Assembly (NCBI GenBank): GCA_003693705.1
Contig: RBZT01000462.1
Coordinates: forward strand, 1-33,110
DNA: 33,110 nucleotides
Direction: 5' to 3'
Source of the DNA: Polymyxa betae A26-41
Lineage: Eukaryota; Protista; Endomyxa: Phytomyxea
A program made the position numbers and the translations under genes. This document shows, in pieces, positions 1 to 12,900 of this stretch. How positions within the stretch are numbered: position 1 is the stretch's first letter; each line of letters opens with the position of its first letter. The notes below the pieces were generated by a model. The model made no database searches and was not told where the DNA came from. It saw only the letters and a list, made by a program, of their open reading frames with translations.

Positions 1-668
1 GCAGTTGTAACATTAAATACAGATGCAGGATGTACTGATGACAGCCTCAGTATTTTTTCTCCGCATTCTATAAGTAACGTAACAGTTAGGGAAGATGATT
101 GTTCATGAAGTAGATTATCCAGGATGGACCAGTATTCCCACATTGAACGTCGTATACCAAGTAATGTTGCTAGTGAAACATCATCATCATCATCATCAGT
201 GTCCAGATGGACATTCTCCGTGGATGTTGTACAGTACTCATTGAAATCTTGTAACAGTTTCGTTACATGTAACCCTTTTTTTACAGCAGCAGTACATTGT
301 TCAGACATGGAAAGTAACAATGTCTCGCTTATGCACTGTTCGGGATATTCGGACATGAAGCACATTTCCATCTGTTTGGTCATACTGTCATCAATCACTA
401 TATAGTTGCCTATGTAACGTTAATGGAGGAATCGCAGCAGATCAATTTAACGTACGTGGCCTCAGCGACAAGTCATGATGGCCGCTGATATGGAAACCAG
501 TCTTCATTGATTTAGCGGATAAAGTAGAGCAGAGTGCGAGCGTCTTACCGGACTGGCCCCTGAGACAGCAGACACCAGTTGTGTAACATATGCGACTGCC
601 ACCAGTGCTGAGAGTCGGGACATCTTTATTTAGCTTGGCAAGAAGTGCAGGGACGAAGCAGAGTGCTG
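1..668 (-). CDS. Partial spliced gene of unknown function running off the left edge
   Basis: Minus frame 409->1 is stop-free for about 136 codons (NYIVIDDSMTKQMEMCF...DTDDDDDDVSLATLLG...). It is missing from the ORF track because it has no stop. A GTACG..ATAG intron at about 455-410 joins it in frame to an upstream exon (about 668-456). The 5' exons are unresolved and no family was recognised. Confidence 0.5.
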
Positions 669-1783
669 TCGTTGATCAACAGGGAGGCCAAATATTGAAT
701 ATGAAGTAGGCAGGGTAGTTCGAATAACTGCGTACGCACACTTTTGACTCAAATGTTTTGTCAGAGAGTCCCAAAAACTGCGTTCGCATACTTTCACCCA
801 TGGACCATACCGTAGTTTTGATTGCATACGATCGACGAATTGAATTGACCTTGTTTGGAGCCGCATTTGTCACATTGTGCATTCACGTTGGGCATTTTTC
901 TTCTTCAAGTCACTATGACAGAGATTGCTTTCCCAGCGACCTATGAACGCGCTGTTGTCACCGTTACAGATCGGTGAAGATATTTGCAGCAGCCAAAACG
1001 GGGTTATTCATATAGAGTGATGAGTTTTTATGATGAAACATCACCAATAGATAGAGGTCGCGTTGGATATGATGTCGTTTTACTGCGGCTCTCATGGTGA
1101 TCAGGAATACGATAGAGCAATACTTTGTAATAAAGTCCTACAGATTGGGAGATAATGTCCATATGTCCGATGGTGAAGAAAGGATGAATTTATTTACTGG
1201 GCGAATAGAGCATCCGGTAACCTCCGGGAGCTGTTGCGATCGGTACCATAGATCAAATGAGATCTGTAACGAATTGGGACCGAATCGATCAGTAACGGCG
1301 CCAATCGGATTTGCAACAGATTAATCTATTACGATTGGTAACGACTATAAAAATGGACAAGAACGGGACAAGATCGAATCAATGTTCCACAGATATATAA
1401 GCAATAGACTTTACATGATCTATGTTTGCCATTAACTCTATCTTAGTCGATCAAATGCTGCTTATCCCATTTTGCAAATTCAATTCGTCGTTATCGAAGA
1501 GTTGTGGTTCTTTCAATTAGAAAGAGACAAGTTGTTTTCATCTGAACATATTCAATATTGATGCTGCAGTTAACAAGAATGTCTTTATATTGTCTCAGTA
1601 TCTCTATTTGTAGAAATTAATGTAACATGAGCTGCCATATAGGACAAAAATCCGAGCAAATAACCATACAGGTTGGTTATAGAGTTCAGCAATCTTAATG
1701 GAGAATCGAGCTGGGTCTGATCCAATGTTTCTCTGTGACAAGATGCACGTCGGGGTCGTGGACCAGTACGTTGGGGGGATTTC

Positions 1784-4700
1784 ATGCAGGGCCAGGAGAC
1801 TGCCGCCCTGGTCGCCGATGCATTTGACGATGACGAGCAGGCCGCCATCGAGTTGCTTCTGGAGTCGGTGTTACCCAATGAGACACCGGCCATGACCAAA
1901 TCGCTGGAGCTGTTTATGGCTCCATATTCACGTCTATTAGGCCTGCATCTATTCACAAATTTGACATCTCTGGAGATTATCGCATGTGGTTTAACATCTC
2001 TTAACGGCATTCAGTTAGTAACAGACCTTCAAAGCATTTAGCGTTGAAAAACGACGCACCTTTTCGATAATTTGTTTTTTTTCGACGCAGTTCTTCACTT
2101 TTCAAAGGATTCCTACGCGCTTTCCCATCTTGCATTCATTTTTATTGTTCAAAGCAGCATTTAGCGTTTAAAAACGAAGCACTTTTACGATAAAATAGTT
2201 TTTCTACGCAGTTCTTCACTTTTCGAACTTTTTTCCATCCAGCATTCTTTCCAAACTCTGTTGACCGAATTCCTGCTCCTGGCAGTTCATTGAGTTCCAA
2301 TTTATTGTTCACAATTTCTTCCTGGCTGCTCTCTGTAGTCCGTTCAAACCCTTTCGGAACTTTGTCCTCCTATGTTATCTGATTGAAGACTGCAGTTCGC
2401 TATCAGGTTTGCAGCGATTGATCGCATGCGAGAACGCTATAGATCGTGTGCCGGATGAATTGCCCGTCAACCTCATGACCTTAGATCTGCGATGTAATCG
2501 TATCCGGACTATCTGCAATCTGATCCCATCCATACGAAATTTAAATCTGGCCGAAAATGGTCTGAGATCTTTAGAAGGGGTGGCCCATGCATCTGAACTC
2601 CGTTATCTGAATCTCGCAGCGAACTCTATTCGCAGTATCGGTTCGGAGCTGTTACAGCTCAACCATCTCCACGAGGTAATACTGGATGGAGCCTTCTTTA
2701 GTTTCACAGCATTTTCTCAGCAGAATATTTTTTTCGGACTTAAAGTGCAAACGGACTTTGAACTCAAAGTTGCAAAATCTTCAAACTTCGAACTCAATTT
2801 TTCTTGAACTTTGAACTCAGTTTCGAAGTTGCAATTCTTTATGTTTCCCGACGTAGGTGAATTTAAGCGGTAACGATATCGGAGATCTGGATGAGATCCG
2901 TCAGCTGCAATTTCTGCAACACTTGCACACGCTTCACCTGTCGGATCCTCACTTCGGCGATAATCCGGTCTGCGGTCTTTGCAATTACCGGACTTTACTG
3001 ATACATGATCTTCCCTCTCTCAATCTGTTCGATTCTCAGCAGGTCTCCACAGCAGCTCGATCCGCCGCCCAAGTTGTCTACACGAAAAAAGTCATGTGAG
3101 TTACGTTTCAAAACTTTCACGTTACTCTCTACGCTTGGTTACCTTTGACGCTGCATGATGCACCACGATTGCTGACAGCGCCTAAATCCAGGTATTATAA
3201 TATGCGCATGAAGTCAGCGAAGAAAGCCGCCGCCGTGGCCATTCGCCAAGCACAGGCTGCGCGGCAAGCTTATCAGATGGCGGTCCAATTGACGCTGTCC
3301 GTGGCGGAAAGGCAGATCCGCGACTTTGAGAATGAACTGGCCACGGATATGTACCGGACATCATTGAAAGACGATTCTTCGAACGCCTGTTCCCTAATTC
3401 CGTACTCCGAATCTTCCGGTGTATTAACTACGGAGTTGTACAAGCACAAGTACTGGATTTTTCATTCGTGGGTTTTTCTGCCTATTATATCATGATTTTT
3501 AGATGTTCAATACGTTAACCTTTGTTCCTGACGATCCATCAATTGTTTGTCAATTGTTTGGTCGTTTTTCTCTCATTTCAATCATGTTTGGTTTTCGTAT
3601 AGTTATGCGCCTTATTTCTGATCCGGATTCAGATGTGAACAATTGCGTCAATTAACCCGAAGTCATCTCTCATTCATATCCCGCATGGAGACGGACTTTC
3701 ATATCTTGAAACAGATGTCAGCTATCCCATCCGCTCTCTCACATTCTCTCACTAAATCATCCAATTAGTGTTCAATCTGAAGCCCGCGCCAGCATTCGTC
3801 GTCTGGAGATTGAACTCCACTCCGGCGGCAATATCCGACTCGAAGAGGGCCAGCACGACCACGATTGGGCCATGCGCGTCACCTCGGACCTGCAGGCTCG
3901 ATTCGACCGGGACGCGTTCCGTAACGAATTCGATATTGATCGGGTGGAGGTCGGTGCCAGTGGTAACACGCTGACCGTAACGTAAATGCGGCATCGTGCA
4001 CAGGTGACGTCCGTGACGCGGATCCATAACCGTCTCCTGAAGATGCGATTCGATCAATTGACGGGGCTGGCCGGAGATACGGATCGGGCCGAGTCCGGCG
4101 ACGCACATCTGTTGGTGGCAATGTCCGAGACGGAGTTCGATGCGGTCCATCCGGTCTTGATGGATGGGGCCCAGTACGGTCTCGGGCATGATCATACATG
4201 TCGATTGCGAATGGCTTCGGATCTGATCTCTGCCGATCGGGAACGATTGCGTCCTTTACACAATCAGAACGTAACGTAACCTGACAGCGCAATTCGTTTT
4301 TTGGGTTTTCTCATTTTTTGTGATTGTTTGCTGAACAACCACATTTTCTCGCAGTTTTGTTATACTGTTTCGTTACCTTTGCTCTTATTCTCGACTGGAG
4401 TCCACTGCTGTAACGTAAGTTAAGTCTAACATGATCTAGTGGCGTATTTATGATCGGTTCCTGATCATGATGGTGCGAGTTCGTTCAAAGTCCGCAGAGG
4501 CGAACCCGGACTCCGTCCACGACCCTGTCATTACTGAATCCGGTAAAACCCAATATGTATCATATGCGACACTGCCAGAGTATCTCATCCAATACCGGTA
4601 CACGTTACATTCGTGAGCAGTTCCCCCCTCGCTAACGTTACACGGGGTAGTTATCTACGGACTGAGAAACCCCTGATCGACTCCGAACCAATTACGAGTT

Positions 4701-7700
4701 TTCGCGACATCGGCGACCTCCAGACTGGAGAAGATCCCGCGGACTCCGCCGGCGGGGACGTACTGGACCCTGGGCGTCCAGCATCCAGATCGCGACTTTT
4801 TCGGAATGCGCAGATCGACCGGGCGGTGCGCCGTTTCCGCAGCTATTGGAATCCGAATCATTATGCGTCCACTGATGCCGTGGAGGCCAAGAAACTATTC
4901 CGTGCTCATCCCGTTGTTCCTGTTCCGGACGAACAAGTAACAATACTATTAAGATATTCCTCCATTTGTCTGCGCATTCACTTCTGTTTCGTTTTATTGA
5001 AAACTTTCGATTGTGAAACCTTAAACCCTAACAATTTCGGCCTGATCTGCCAAATTGCCGCAAAATTTCTAGTATTGATCACTTTGCATCTTTTTCATTT
5101 GGAATCCCGTTTTGAATTTTTTCTGTCATAAAACTATCATGAATTCCGGTCGCTGATTATATTACTGTGGTCAGCGAACAGCAATTGACAAGGTCGCGGT
5201 TGTTTCGCAAGCACGTGCTTTGGGTCGGTGTGGGACTTCCGATCCGAGCGACTTGACGCACTCCAAGCACTGGACCGCCATTACATACCTGGACCTACAC
5301 GGACACTTTATTGAGTCCATGACTGGACCAACTTCGATAATCGGTCGATTGACACATCTACGGACTTTAGTGCTCTCATTCAATCGTATCCAATATATTG
5401 ATGGTCTGAAAGGTTTGATGCTCCCTGAATTGATGTTTTCGGTGTTTACGAGAGCGACATTTAGGACTGGAGAATTTGGTTCATTTAGATCTTGGACATA
5501 ATCGCATTGAAACCATTCACGGACTTGATGGACTTTGTAGCCTGCAGCGTCTCTACCTGAACAATAATCGGCTCGGTGATCCACGTGATCTTGGTCTGTA
5601 ACATTACTTCCGCACTGGGTCCACAGCTCTCATCCAGGGCTCTTACAGATTACATAAGGCAAAATTGCCCGCATCTGGACGTACTGGACCTGCGCCATAA
5701 TCCGGCCGTATTCGCTACCGCCGGTATGACAGGCACGGTCACCGTGGACTGGAATCTTATCAGAAAGAGTCTCGTCATGCGACAGCAGCGAACCGCGCAG
5801 TCCGTCACAGGGGTGCTGGACGATGACACTCTGCGATTGGAGGCCGCGTCTCTCTCGCTCGATCATGTCCCCATAGAGTCTTTGACATCGCTGACGCAGT
5901 GGACTTTCCCTATGCTAAAGTCCGTGTCGCTCTGCGATTGCCGCCTCACCAATCTCCTGTACGGTATTGTGCGCACGGGGTCGTGCTGGTCCAATGAACG
6001 GGTGGATTATAGGGGATTGGATCATCTGGACGGATTAGAATCAGTCTCAGCTGATGATAATCTGATCACAGATATGAATATAGTATCCGGACTTAGACAC
6101 CTGAAACGAATCGAATTGAACAACAATCGCCTTTCTGTAATTCAGGTACTACCAATAGGCTGCGCCAGACGTGTTCCCTGTTCCCGACATGTCCTGTTTC
6201 TTCACTTAATGTTTCTTATTAGCTCTCAAAACTTCTTTCAATTGATTTGTTTGGGTCTTGTGGTTAGGGTTTAGGGTTTCACTCCAGATTTGATCTTTTC
6301 TGAATTCCAGCATAGGGACTGGATGCAATGTCCTCCACGTTACTAGAGCTATCACTAGAGGGTAACATGATCGAAATCAACGCCCTGGTCGGACTGGCCC
6401 CATGCACCAATCTAACCGAACTGTATTTGGGCGGCAATCGAATTCGAGGCCTGAGTGCTGTCCTGCGATATCTGCGTCCTCTGGCCGCCTTGATCGTACT
6501 GGACCTTGTTGGCAATCCAGTCTGCACAGAGCCCCAATATCGACTGGCCACCATATTTCACGTTAAGAAGCTCAAGGTACAATTTCCTTCGAACCTCTTT
6601 CAATGTTTTTCTGAAATTTCTCAAAAAATATTTGAAAAATTGCTCTGCAAATATAGTCTACGTTATACGGATTTTTGTATAATTTAGAGGGGTATTAGAT
6701 TCTGGATGGATGTGGTGTGACGGCCTCCGAAGTGGATACTTGTAAGGATGAGTTCGAAGGCCGCGTCACTGACGAATTCCTGATCGACTGGCTGGAGGCC
6801 CAGCGCCAGTCTGGGGCATCCACGGACTCTCTGGATCTCAGCTGTGCCCAGATCCGTGCTATCGAGCCTCTACAATCTGACCAATTCCGAAGTCCGTACG
6901 GTCTTTAACTCTCGCTTTCATTTCGTTACGGTTTCCTGTTTCATCAGTTTGCGCAAACTGCACCGAAACTGTTTGGCTGACGCGTACTGGCCCTGCAGAT
7001 GTCCGTCAGGCGAACCTGGAGAACAACCAGCTCACCCGGGTGGAGGTCCTCTGCGGACTTTCCGCATTGACTGCTTTAAATTTGGGCCGCAATCGGATCA
7101 CTGGTGTGGCAGATGGTGCGTGGGCTGCGCTCGGGTCCACACTTCAAGTTCTACAATTGGGGTCCAATCGTATACAATCCGTGGCGGACTTACACCTACA
7201 TTGCCTACCCGGACTTCGTCTCTTGGATCTTCGCAATAATGAGATCCGATGCCTGGCAGGTGCATTCGTCGGCAACAATCAAGTCCGTGAACTAAATCTC
7301 GCCGATAATCTCATCACTGATGTACAAACCGATGATCTACGGGGATTATCCGCACTCCGTGTACTGAATCTCAGTGGAAACACTCTCCGCAATCTTAACG
7401 GACTCTTTTCAGGTATCCAACAGCCTTCACAGTTACCCTTCGCAGTATCGCAACCTTTTCAACCTTTTTGGATTACGTTACCTTGATTGCGCTGCATTTT
7501 CCGAATTTTACGTTAAAGTCACGTTACTAATGACTTATTGCAGAATTGTTCCTGCACTGTCCACGTGTTTTGACATTGAACTGCGCCGGGAATCGCGTCT
7601 TCAATCTCGCCGACCTGGACGTACTGGCCCGCGCCCCGACTTTAGCCGATCTTACTCTAACGGGGAATCCGGTCGCTCGCAAACATCTGTACCGGCCCAC

Positions 7701-8160
7701 GCTGCTGAAGGCTCATCCTACCCTGCGCTGTGTCGATGGACGGGACGTGTCGGATGCGGACCGGGCCCGAGTCACGGCCTTATTCGATACGGGGCCCACA
7801 CACGCCGCCGTGGTCCTGCAGCCCACTGTACCTGTTCTACCGCTTGCAATCGTCGCTGCGGCGGACCCGCTGTCTGCAGGTGCTGTCATCACTCCGGGAG
7901 GCTCCGCTTATGTGAGCCAGTACGATCCGAATGCGCCGTTCGCGGTCCGAAGTCTGTTAAATGTGCGACGGGCGACAGTGCCTTCGCTGGTGAGATCTCC
8001 AAGACGGCTATCGCTTGTAGCTGGTAGTAATGGAGCTGGACCTATGCCAGGAGGTCCTGGATGGAAGCGCAGCCCAGGCACATTACAGAAATCTGGCGCC
8101 ATGAGATCGTTACGTGCAGCACAGGGACGGACTTTACTCCATGGCAGATATCATGGATAA
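1784..8160 (+). CDS. LRRC9: Leucine-rich repeat-containing protein 9 (cilia-associated), about 17 exons
   Basis: GT-AG exons assembled in frame: 1784-2013, 2396-2675, 2857-3095, 3192-~3350, 3633-3716, 3769-3949, 4004-4270, 4440-4597, 4651-4936, 5175-5412, 5465-5593, 5649-5958, 6013-6145, 6316-6576, 6699-6891, 6999-7412, 7544-8160. LRRC9-like motifs: DPHFGDNPVCGLCNY, KKVMYYNMRMK, IELHSGGNIRLEEG, LPEYLIQY, plus many SDS22-type LRRs with LRRcap (GNPV...YR). Confidence 0.88.
2030..2224. repeat. Imperfect direct repeat (about 75 nt x2) in LRRC9 intron 1
   Basis: CAAAGCATTTAGCGTT..AAAACG..GCAC.TTT.CGATAA...ACGCAGTTCTTCACTTTTC at about 2030-2103 and 2150-2224. Confidence 0.9.
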
Positions 8161-8724
8161 AATAACAGACTACATCCACTAATACATAATAATATCTATC
8201 TATTAAGTACAATATCTAAAACAACCCCATCGTCCCTCCTCTTACAATAAGAATTAGAATCTGATTGTCATCTCACCAAATCGAAAGTTTTGACACAGAA
8301 TTTTTGGAATTTGAATATATTGTAATCAAGAGTTTTCAGAACAGCTTGAACTTCAGCATGTTAGCACTGCGGTCTGGAAGGTTCGTGGCCCTTTGAAATG
8401 TATCCGAATGGAGGCCTTTTGTTGGTGATGATGTTGACATTCACCAGCGCATTGATGGCGGAAGTGTTAGAACCTGTCAAACAGAGACTGTCGCGTGCCA
8501 CTAGACGTGTGGCAATGATCATAGTTACGTTACGTTTATGTTACTAAATCAGTCATGTATTGTGTCCCCAACCACGACATGTACTCATGGCGGTAGAATT
8601 GCTTGTACAACCCTACGCAGTTTACGTTACCAAGCTGCCGTATTTCTACAGGAAGAATATTCCTTAGCAACGGGCTTCATAGCCTAATCACCAAATGGAT
8701 AGTTTTTGGGAGTTTTCAAGTTTG

Positions 8725-8737
8725 CACAGGGTCGGGA
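8725..8737 (+). mobile_element. Orphan terminal inverted repeat of the hAT-like family seen at 19427-20892
   Basis: CACAGGGTCGGGA, one mismatch to the right TIR (rc CACGGGGTCGGGA at 20880-20892). No partner TIR or TSD found nearby. Confidence 0.4.
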
Positions 8738-8998
8738 AGTCCTAAACCGACAATGTTCTGTGAGCGACCCTAGGTCTCTATTGGGGCTCCCGCAAGAATC
8801 CGGAGAATTCTTTCCATAAATCTATAGATCTCATCATTTAGGAAAAATCTAAAAGAAATTCCAGACAAAATACAAACTAAAGTGTGATACAAATTTTATT
8901 TGTATGGGAAAGAGGCAAAATGAGACTTGTAAACACGTTTTGCTTTGCACTAACAGAGTGATCTCAATGCACGTTTCCGATATTATCGCATCCCAATA

Positions 8999-9380
8999 TA
9001 TTCGATCACACCCAGATCTCATCATGACCTTGTTCTTTCTCGGAGTCCCTTTTCATCTGGGGAAATTGAAACTCTCCGAGTTCCCGGCCACCGAGCTGCA
9101 GCGTATTTTGCCTTTCGTTATTCGTGCGGATATTGCGCTGGCAGAGCAGATTCTTGACCTGATCCAGACCGGAAGCTTCGACGTGATCACCTCCGTCATG
9201 GAGTGCGAGAACTTCCGATTTGCGTTCTCTGAACAGGTTCACAGAATCATGATGGTGCTGATAGACACCGAGGGCCAGCTCGATGTAAACTTTCGCGACA
9301 TTGTGGACCGCACTGCCCGTTCTTATGCTGAAGAAGGTTCGGAAATTGCGATGTTATTGGATGGTCCGAGCTTGGTGTAA
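8999..9380 (+). pseudogene. Ankyrin-repeat gene 3' fragment (copy 1)
   Basis: Inverted paralogue of 27264-27786. Ends DVNFRD..DRTARSYAEEGSEIAMLLDGPSLV* and lacks about 49 codons (including LHHAV..HNAAAVRELL) present in copy 2. Confidence 0.7.
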
Positions 9381-9391
9381 GATCAGGCTTC

Positions 9392-9660
9392 TCTCATTGA
9401 ATTGAATTCGAATAAACTAGTTTGTTGATGATTGCCAACAGACGGGCTGTGTATCCATAACGCAAGTCTTGTAGTAATCGGATTCCTACTTCCACTTTTC
9501 GAGCCGTTGCATTTATGTTCCTTTATATCTCGTTCAGCCGTATTAGAAGAACCTAAGAGAGGCCCGACTAGAGATGGTAGACGCCCGCCCAATCCAGCAT
9601 TGACTCGAGCTCATATGCTCATGTACTTCTCTCCTACTATATGTCCCAGCTTCTATCTAG
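9392..9660 (-). mobile_element. Diverged copy of the LINE 3' UTR
   Basis: Colinear blocks shared with 21965-22260: ACTAGTT, CAACAG.CGG, TCCA.AACGCA, CCTACT.CCA, CGTTGCA, ACCTAAGAGAG, CCCGCCCAATCCA, GACTCGA.C.CATAT, CCTACT, TCCCAGCTT. Confidence 0.75.
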
Positions 9661-10409
9661 ATTGGGCCAATGGCAGTGTTGTATTCTTGATAGAATGAAG
9701 TTGGTGGAGCGCGTGCGACCTCCCAATGACAGGGCGCATTATGCGATCGCTTGAGGAGCGAGCATGTGACCGACCCTGAGTACTTCACTATTTATGTTAC
9801 GAAACTCACTTGGATTTTAGCCAATAATCGTAGACGACTGAGCTCTGAGTAGCTGGATGGCGAACTCTCGTTCGGCAGCAAGAGAGCGCGTGAACGGTTC
9901 AGCGGACAATCCAAGTCCGGACTCCATGACAATGAATATGGCACAGCAACAGTTTCCAGTTGGAATGAGCAGGACCCATTTTAATTGATCGTCTGTCTTT
10001 ATGGAGCTCTCAGTTGGAATTCATGACAGCTCCGATACGGTTTCCATTTGCATTAACAACATCAAATCAACAGAGCTAGAAACAGAACCTGATACAAATT
10101 GAAACATCTCGAACGGCCGTGCACATGCCTCTTTGAGGCTTGATACTGCTGGTCAAATGTCGTTGTTCTCAATGATCGAGCTGTGCTGGGTTTCGCCCAC
10201 CTGAATGTCCCCAGTTTTTTGGCACTGTTCATCATCTGTATTTTTGAAATAGTTAGCACCATCAGTGTCCGGTGGGCAGATAGCGAGGAGGCGGGCCTGA
10301 ACACAGGAGGAGGCTCCGCTAAACTGGGACTCTGGACAGGGTGATTTGTCATGACGAATTGGTTCCATTCCTCAGCGACTTCTGGATTGAAGTGGACGAT
10401 GACCCGATC

Positions 10410-10720
10410 GCATCGAACCTCGTTATACGTGCCAGGGCTTTCCGTTCTGCTGCAGTTGGCCATCTTAGCTCATCAGCCAGCGCGACGTTGAAGACAGAAG
10501 CAACAAATATTGCATCGTCGCAGGCCGAAGATTTCGACCAGTTCCAGCCTTGTGCTCCAAACACGACTGTATTATCGTGCTTCATATACAGAAGAAAGTA
10601 AAGAAGACGCTGCGGATGATTCAGTTTTGGCGATTCCCAAAAAAACTCCTCTTGGTTGCCCAGTCGATTTTGCCGTTGTCGCCAAAACAGGGCATAATTT
10701 TGCTACCAGAAGCAGCATGC
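10410..10720 (-). mobile_element. Degenerate PIF/Harbinger-like transposase N-terminal fragment
   Basis: Minus frame reads PKLNHPQRLLYFLLYMKHDNTVVFGAQGWNWSKSSACDDAIFVASVFNVALADELRWPTAAERKALA, resembling an HTH followed by the 'xRWPTxxER' motif that precedes DDE_Tnp_4. The catalytic part is absent. Confidence 0.55.
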
Positions 10721-10770
10721 GAAACTTATCGTTTATTGTCTATATGTTTGTGTCTATCTATCAAGAGTTA

Positions 10771-12333
10771 TTACATCTTCTCAGATATATGCATTCTCCT
10801 CTGTGAAATACTCACCAACTCCTTGAACTCATTCGACAGTCGAAATCGAAAAAACGAATCATCTTTAATCAGCTTCAAAATCTCTGTAGAATCAGTTACG
10901 TTCGATATAGAGCAGGCAACCCGGTAGTAACATTACCAAAATACAGTTGCCGTAACAGCTTTAACATGACATCGGTATCAGGGAGGTTGGTATCGGCCGG
11001 ATTCACCTTCACAGACGAGATTCGAATCGAATTTCTACGCCTGTCTCTATATCTTCCCTCAATCATTTCTTGGAACTCAACCTGCATCATTTGTTACTTA
11101 ATATTCCATCCTCTAATCGGCATCATCGATGAACACTGGAAAACGGAATTTTAAAAAATCCATTCACCTTTAACTCGCAGCTGATATTGACTTCATTGGG
11201 GCTTCGTTCACGAATAAACACATCGTAAATATGACGGAAATGTTCGACAACTTTCTCCGGATCTGTTTGATTGCGATTGCGATGTAGCACCTCCCATAGC
11301 AGGAGATTCTCTACCGAGAATTCCAGCGTTAGAAATCGTTGCATAGCCTCGAATCCATCTGGATTCTGTAATACTTGTAGGATATCAGAATTCACATCCA
11401 ATGGTCGTATTTCTGATTTCGGCATCTCAATAGGTATCGTACTGAGTCCATTTGGATCTGCATATTGAATCTGATAAGATTTATACAGAGGATACCACAT
11501 CTGTATGGCGATGTGCTCTATACAGAGACCAACTAATACGAACTGGATCTGCTCTTGAAGATATCCAAAGGCTATTATCGCCGCAATCATCAGATTGCCC
11601 AATAGAGCCCAAATACCGAGAACTTTGAGTTCGACGACGATAAAGAACCCATCTCGAACATGTCGTAATTTATATGTCATGATAGCGATCCCTAACAAGA
11701 AACATAGTGATAACGTCATATTCATGAAGGCAACATTATCAGAGAAGAGACATCCAACACTGTTTACAGCTATGATAAAATGTGCAGCATATAGTATGGA
11801 TATGATAGTAAGAGAGCAGACCCAAATATTACGTGATGAAGCCACCCAAGGATGTCTTAATATCCAGATATCAGTAGCAGCACCGCCAGTTAATCGAGCG
11901 TTCGTCAGATATGAGGCTAGAAACAGCTTCCAGAATCGAGCAGGTAGCAGTATATACATCGATATAAATCCAAGCTCTATGAAAACAGCGGGTTACAAAA
12001 AGAATTCTCTTAAAAAAATGGAATTTTATACAGCGTGATTTGTTTCTACATACCAAATAGCTCATTAATCCAGCATTTATCAAAGATTGTCATAATGAAT
12101 GAAGTCCGTGAGAAGCATCCCAAATACATGGACACATTAGCGGCAATCTGACCGTCCAAATCAGTCAGTCCACGATACAGGCATGTAACGGGGTGTTATG
12201 TTACCAGTAGGTACGGGTCGCGTACTTTCAATGGCTGGATCAGACGTCGTTTCAGGACCCAGATCACAGAGATGAGCAGAACAATGCCATAGATGGCCAT
12301 ACAAACCATAGCGATTACATCAATATGATTCAT
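10771..12333 (-). CDS. Multi-pass (7TM-like) RGS-domain protein, 5 exons
   Basis: Exons 12333-12205, 12147-12054, 11976-11168, 11081-10937, 10883-10771. Hydrophobic helices with RLIQPLKVRDP and VRDGFFIVVE, then an RGS box (LQNPDGFEAMQRFLTLEFSVENLLLW...IYDVFIRERSPNEVNIS...EILKLIKDDSFFRF). Confidence 0.88.
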
Positions 12334-12900
12334 GATGATATCGGGTTGGTTACACCATGTTACAAGATCACAACCATCAGCAAACGACGCGATCGATTCG
12401 GTCGTACTACCCGCCTCGAACAGGCTGACATATATCTGGGACCCCGAATCCGAGATCTTGGTCCAATTTGCTGACCTCCACTGCTCTTACAACTTCATGG
12501 GACCGGGATTTCTCCTTCTCTCAATCGAAATCTTGGAGCTTTTTTATAAAGTTTGTGGTATTTCTACGACCTTTGTTCATGTCATTGTATAGAATCTGCC
12601 TCATCAAAATAATCATAATGTTATGCCAGGCATAAGCTCATATATCATCAGTTAAAGTTTTCAAATAAATTAAAAACATCGTCATCATCTCTATCACATC
12701 ATGCAGCGATCTGCATACGAACAATAGGTGTAGCGATGCCAGGGTTTAGTGTTTTAGCTGGGAGATTGCAGGTCCCAGGCGCAACCTATCTGACGTGTCG
12801 TCTCAGTGTGTAACGGTATGGCTCGGGGCCTCCCTCTCTCTATCTGCTGCATTTCATTCCATCTCACGACTCGATTCTCTCTCTCTCTCTTCATGTCGTC

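Noticed and set aside
4613-4650. Apparent 38-nt mini-intron in LRRC9
   Set aside because: An in-phase donor at 4598 gives a 53-nt intron matching the dominant size class.
9383-9592. Small minus ORFs 9383-9592 and 22002-22193 with similar N-termini (LGGxLPxL..LLG)
   Set aside because: The similarity follows the nucleotide homology of the 3' UTR. Indels break the frame downstream and both start at TTG.
9776-9806. Possible hammerhead core (CTGAGTA...CGAAAC)
   Set aside because: Does not match CUGANGA, and the flanking stems are missing.
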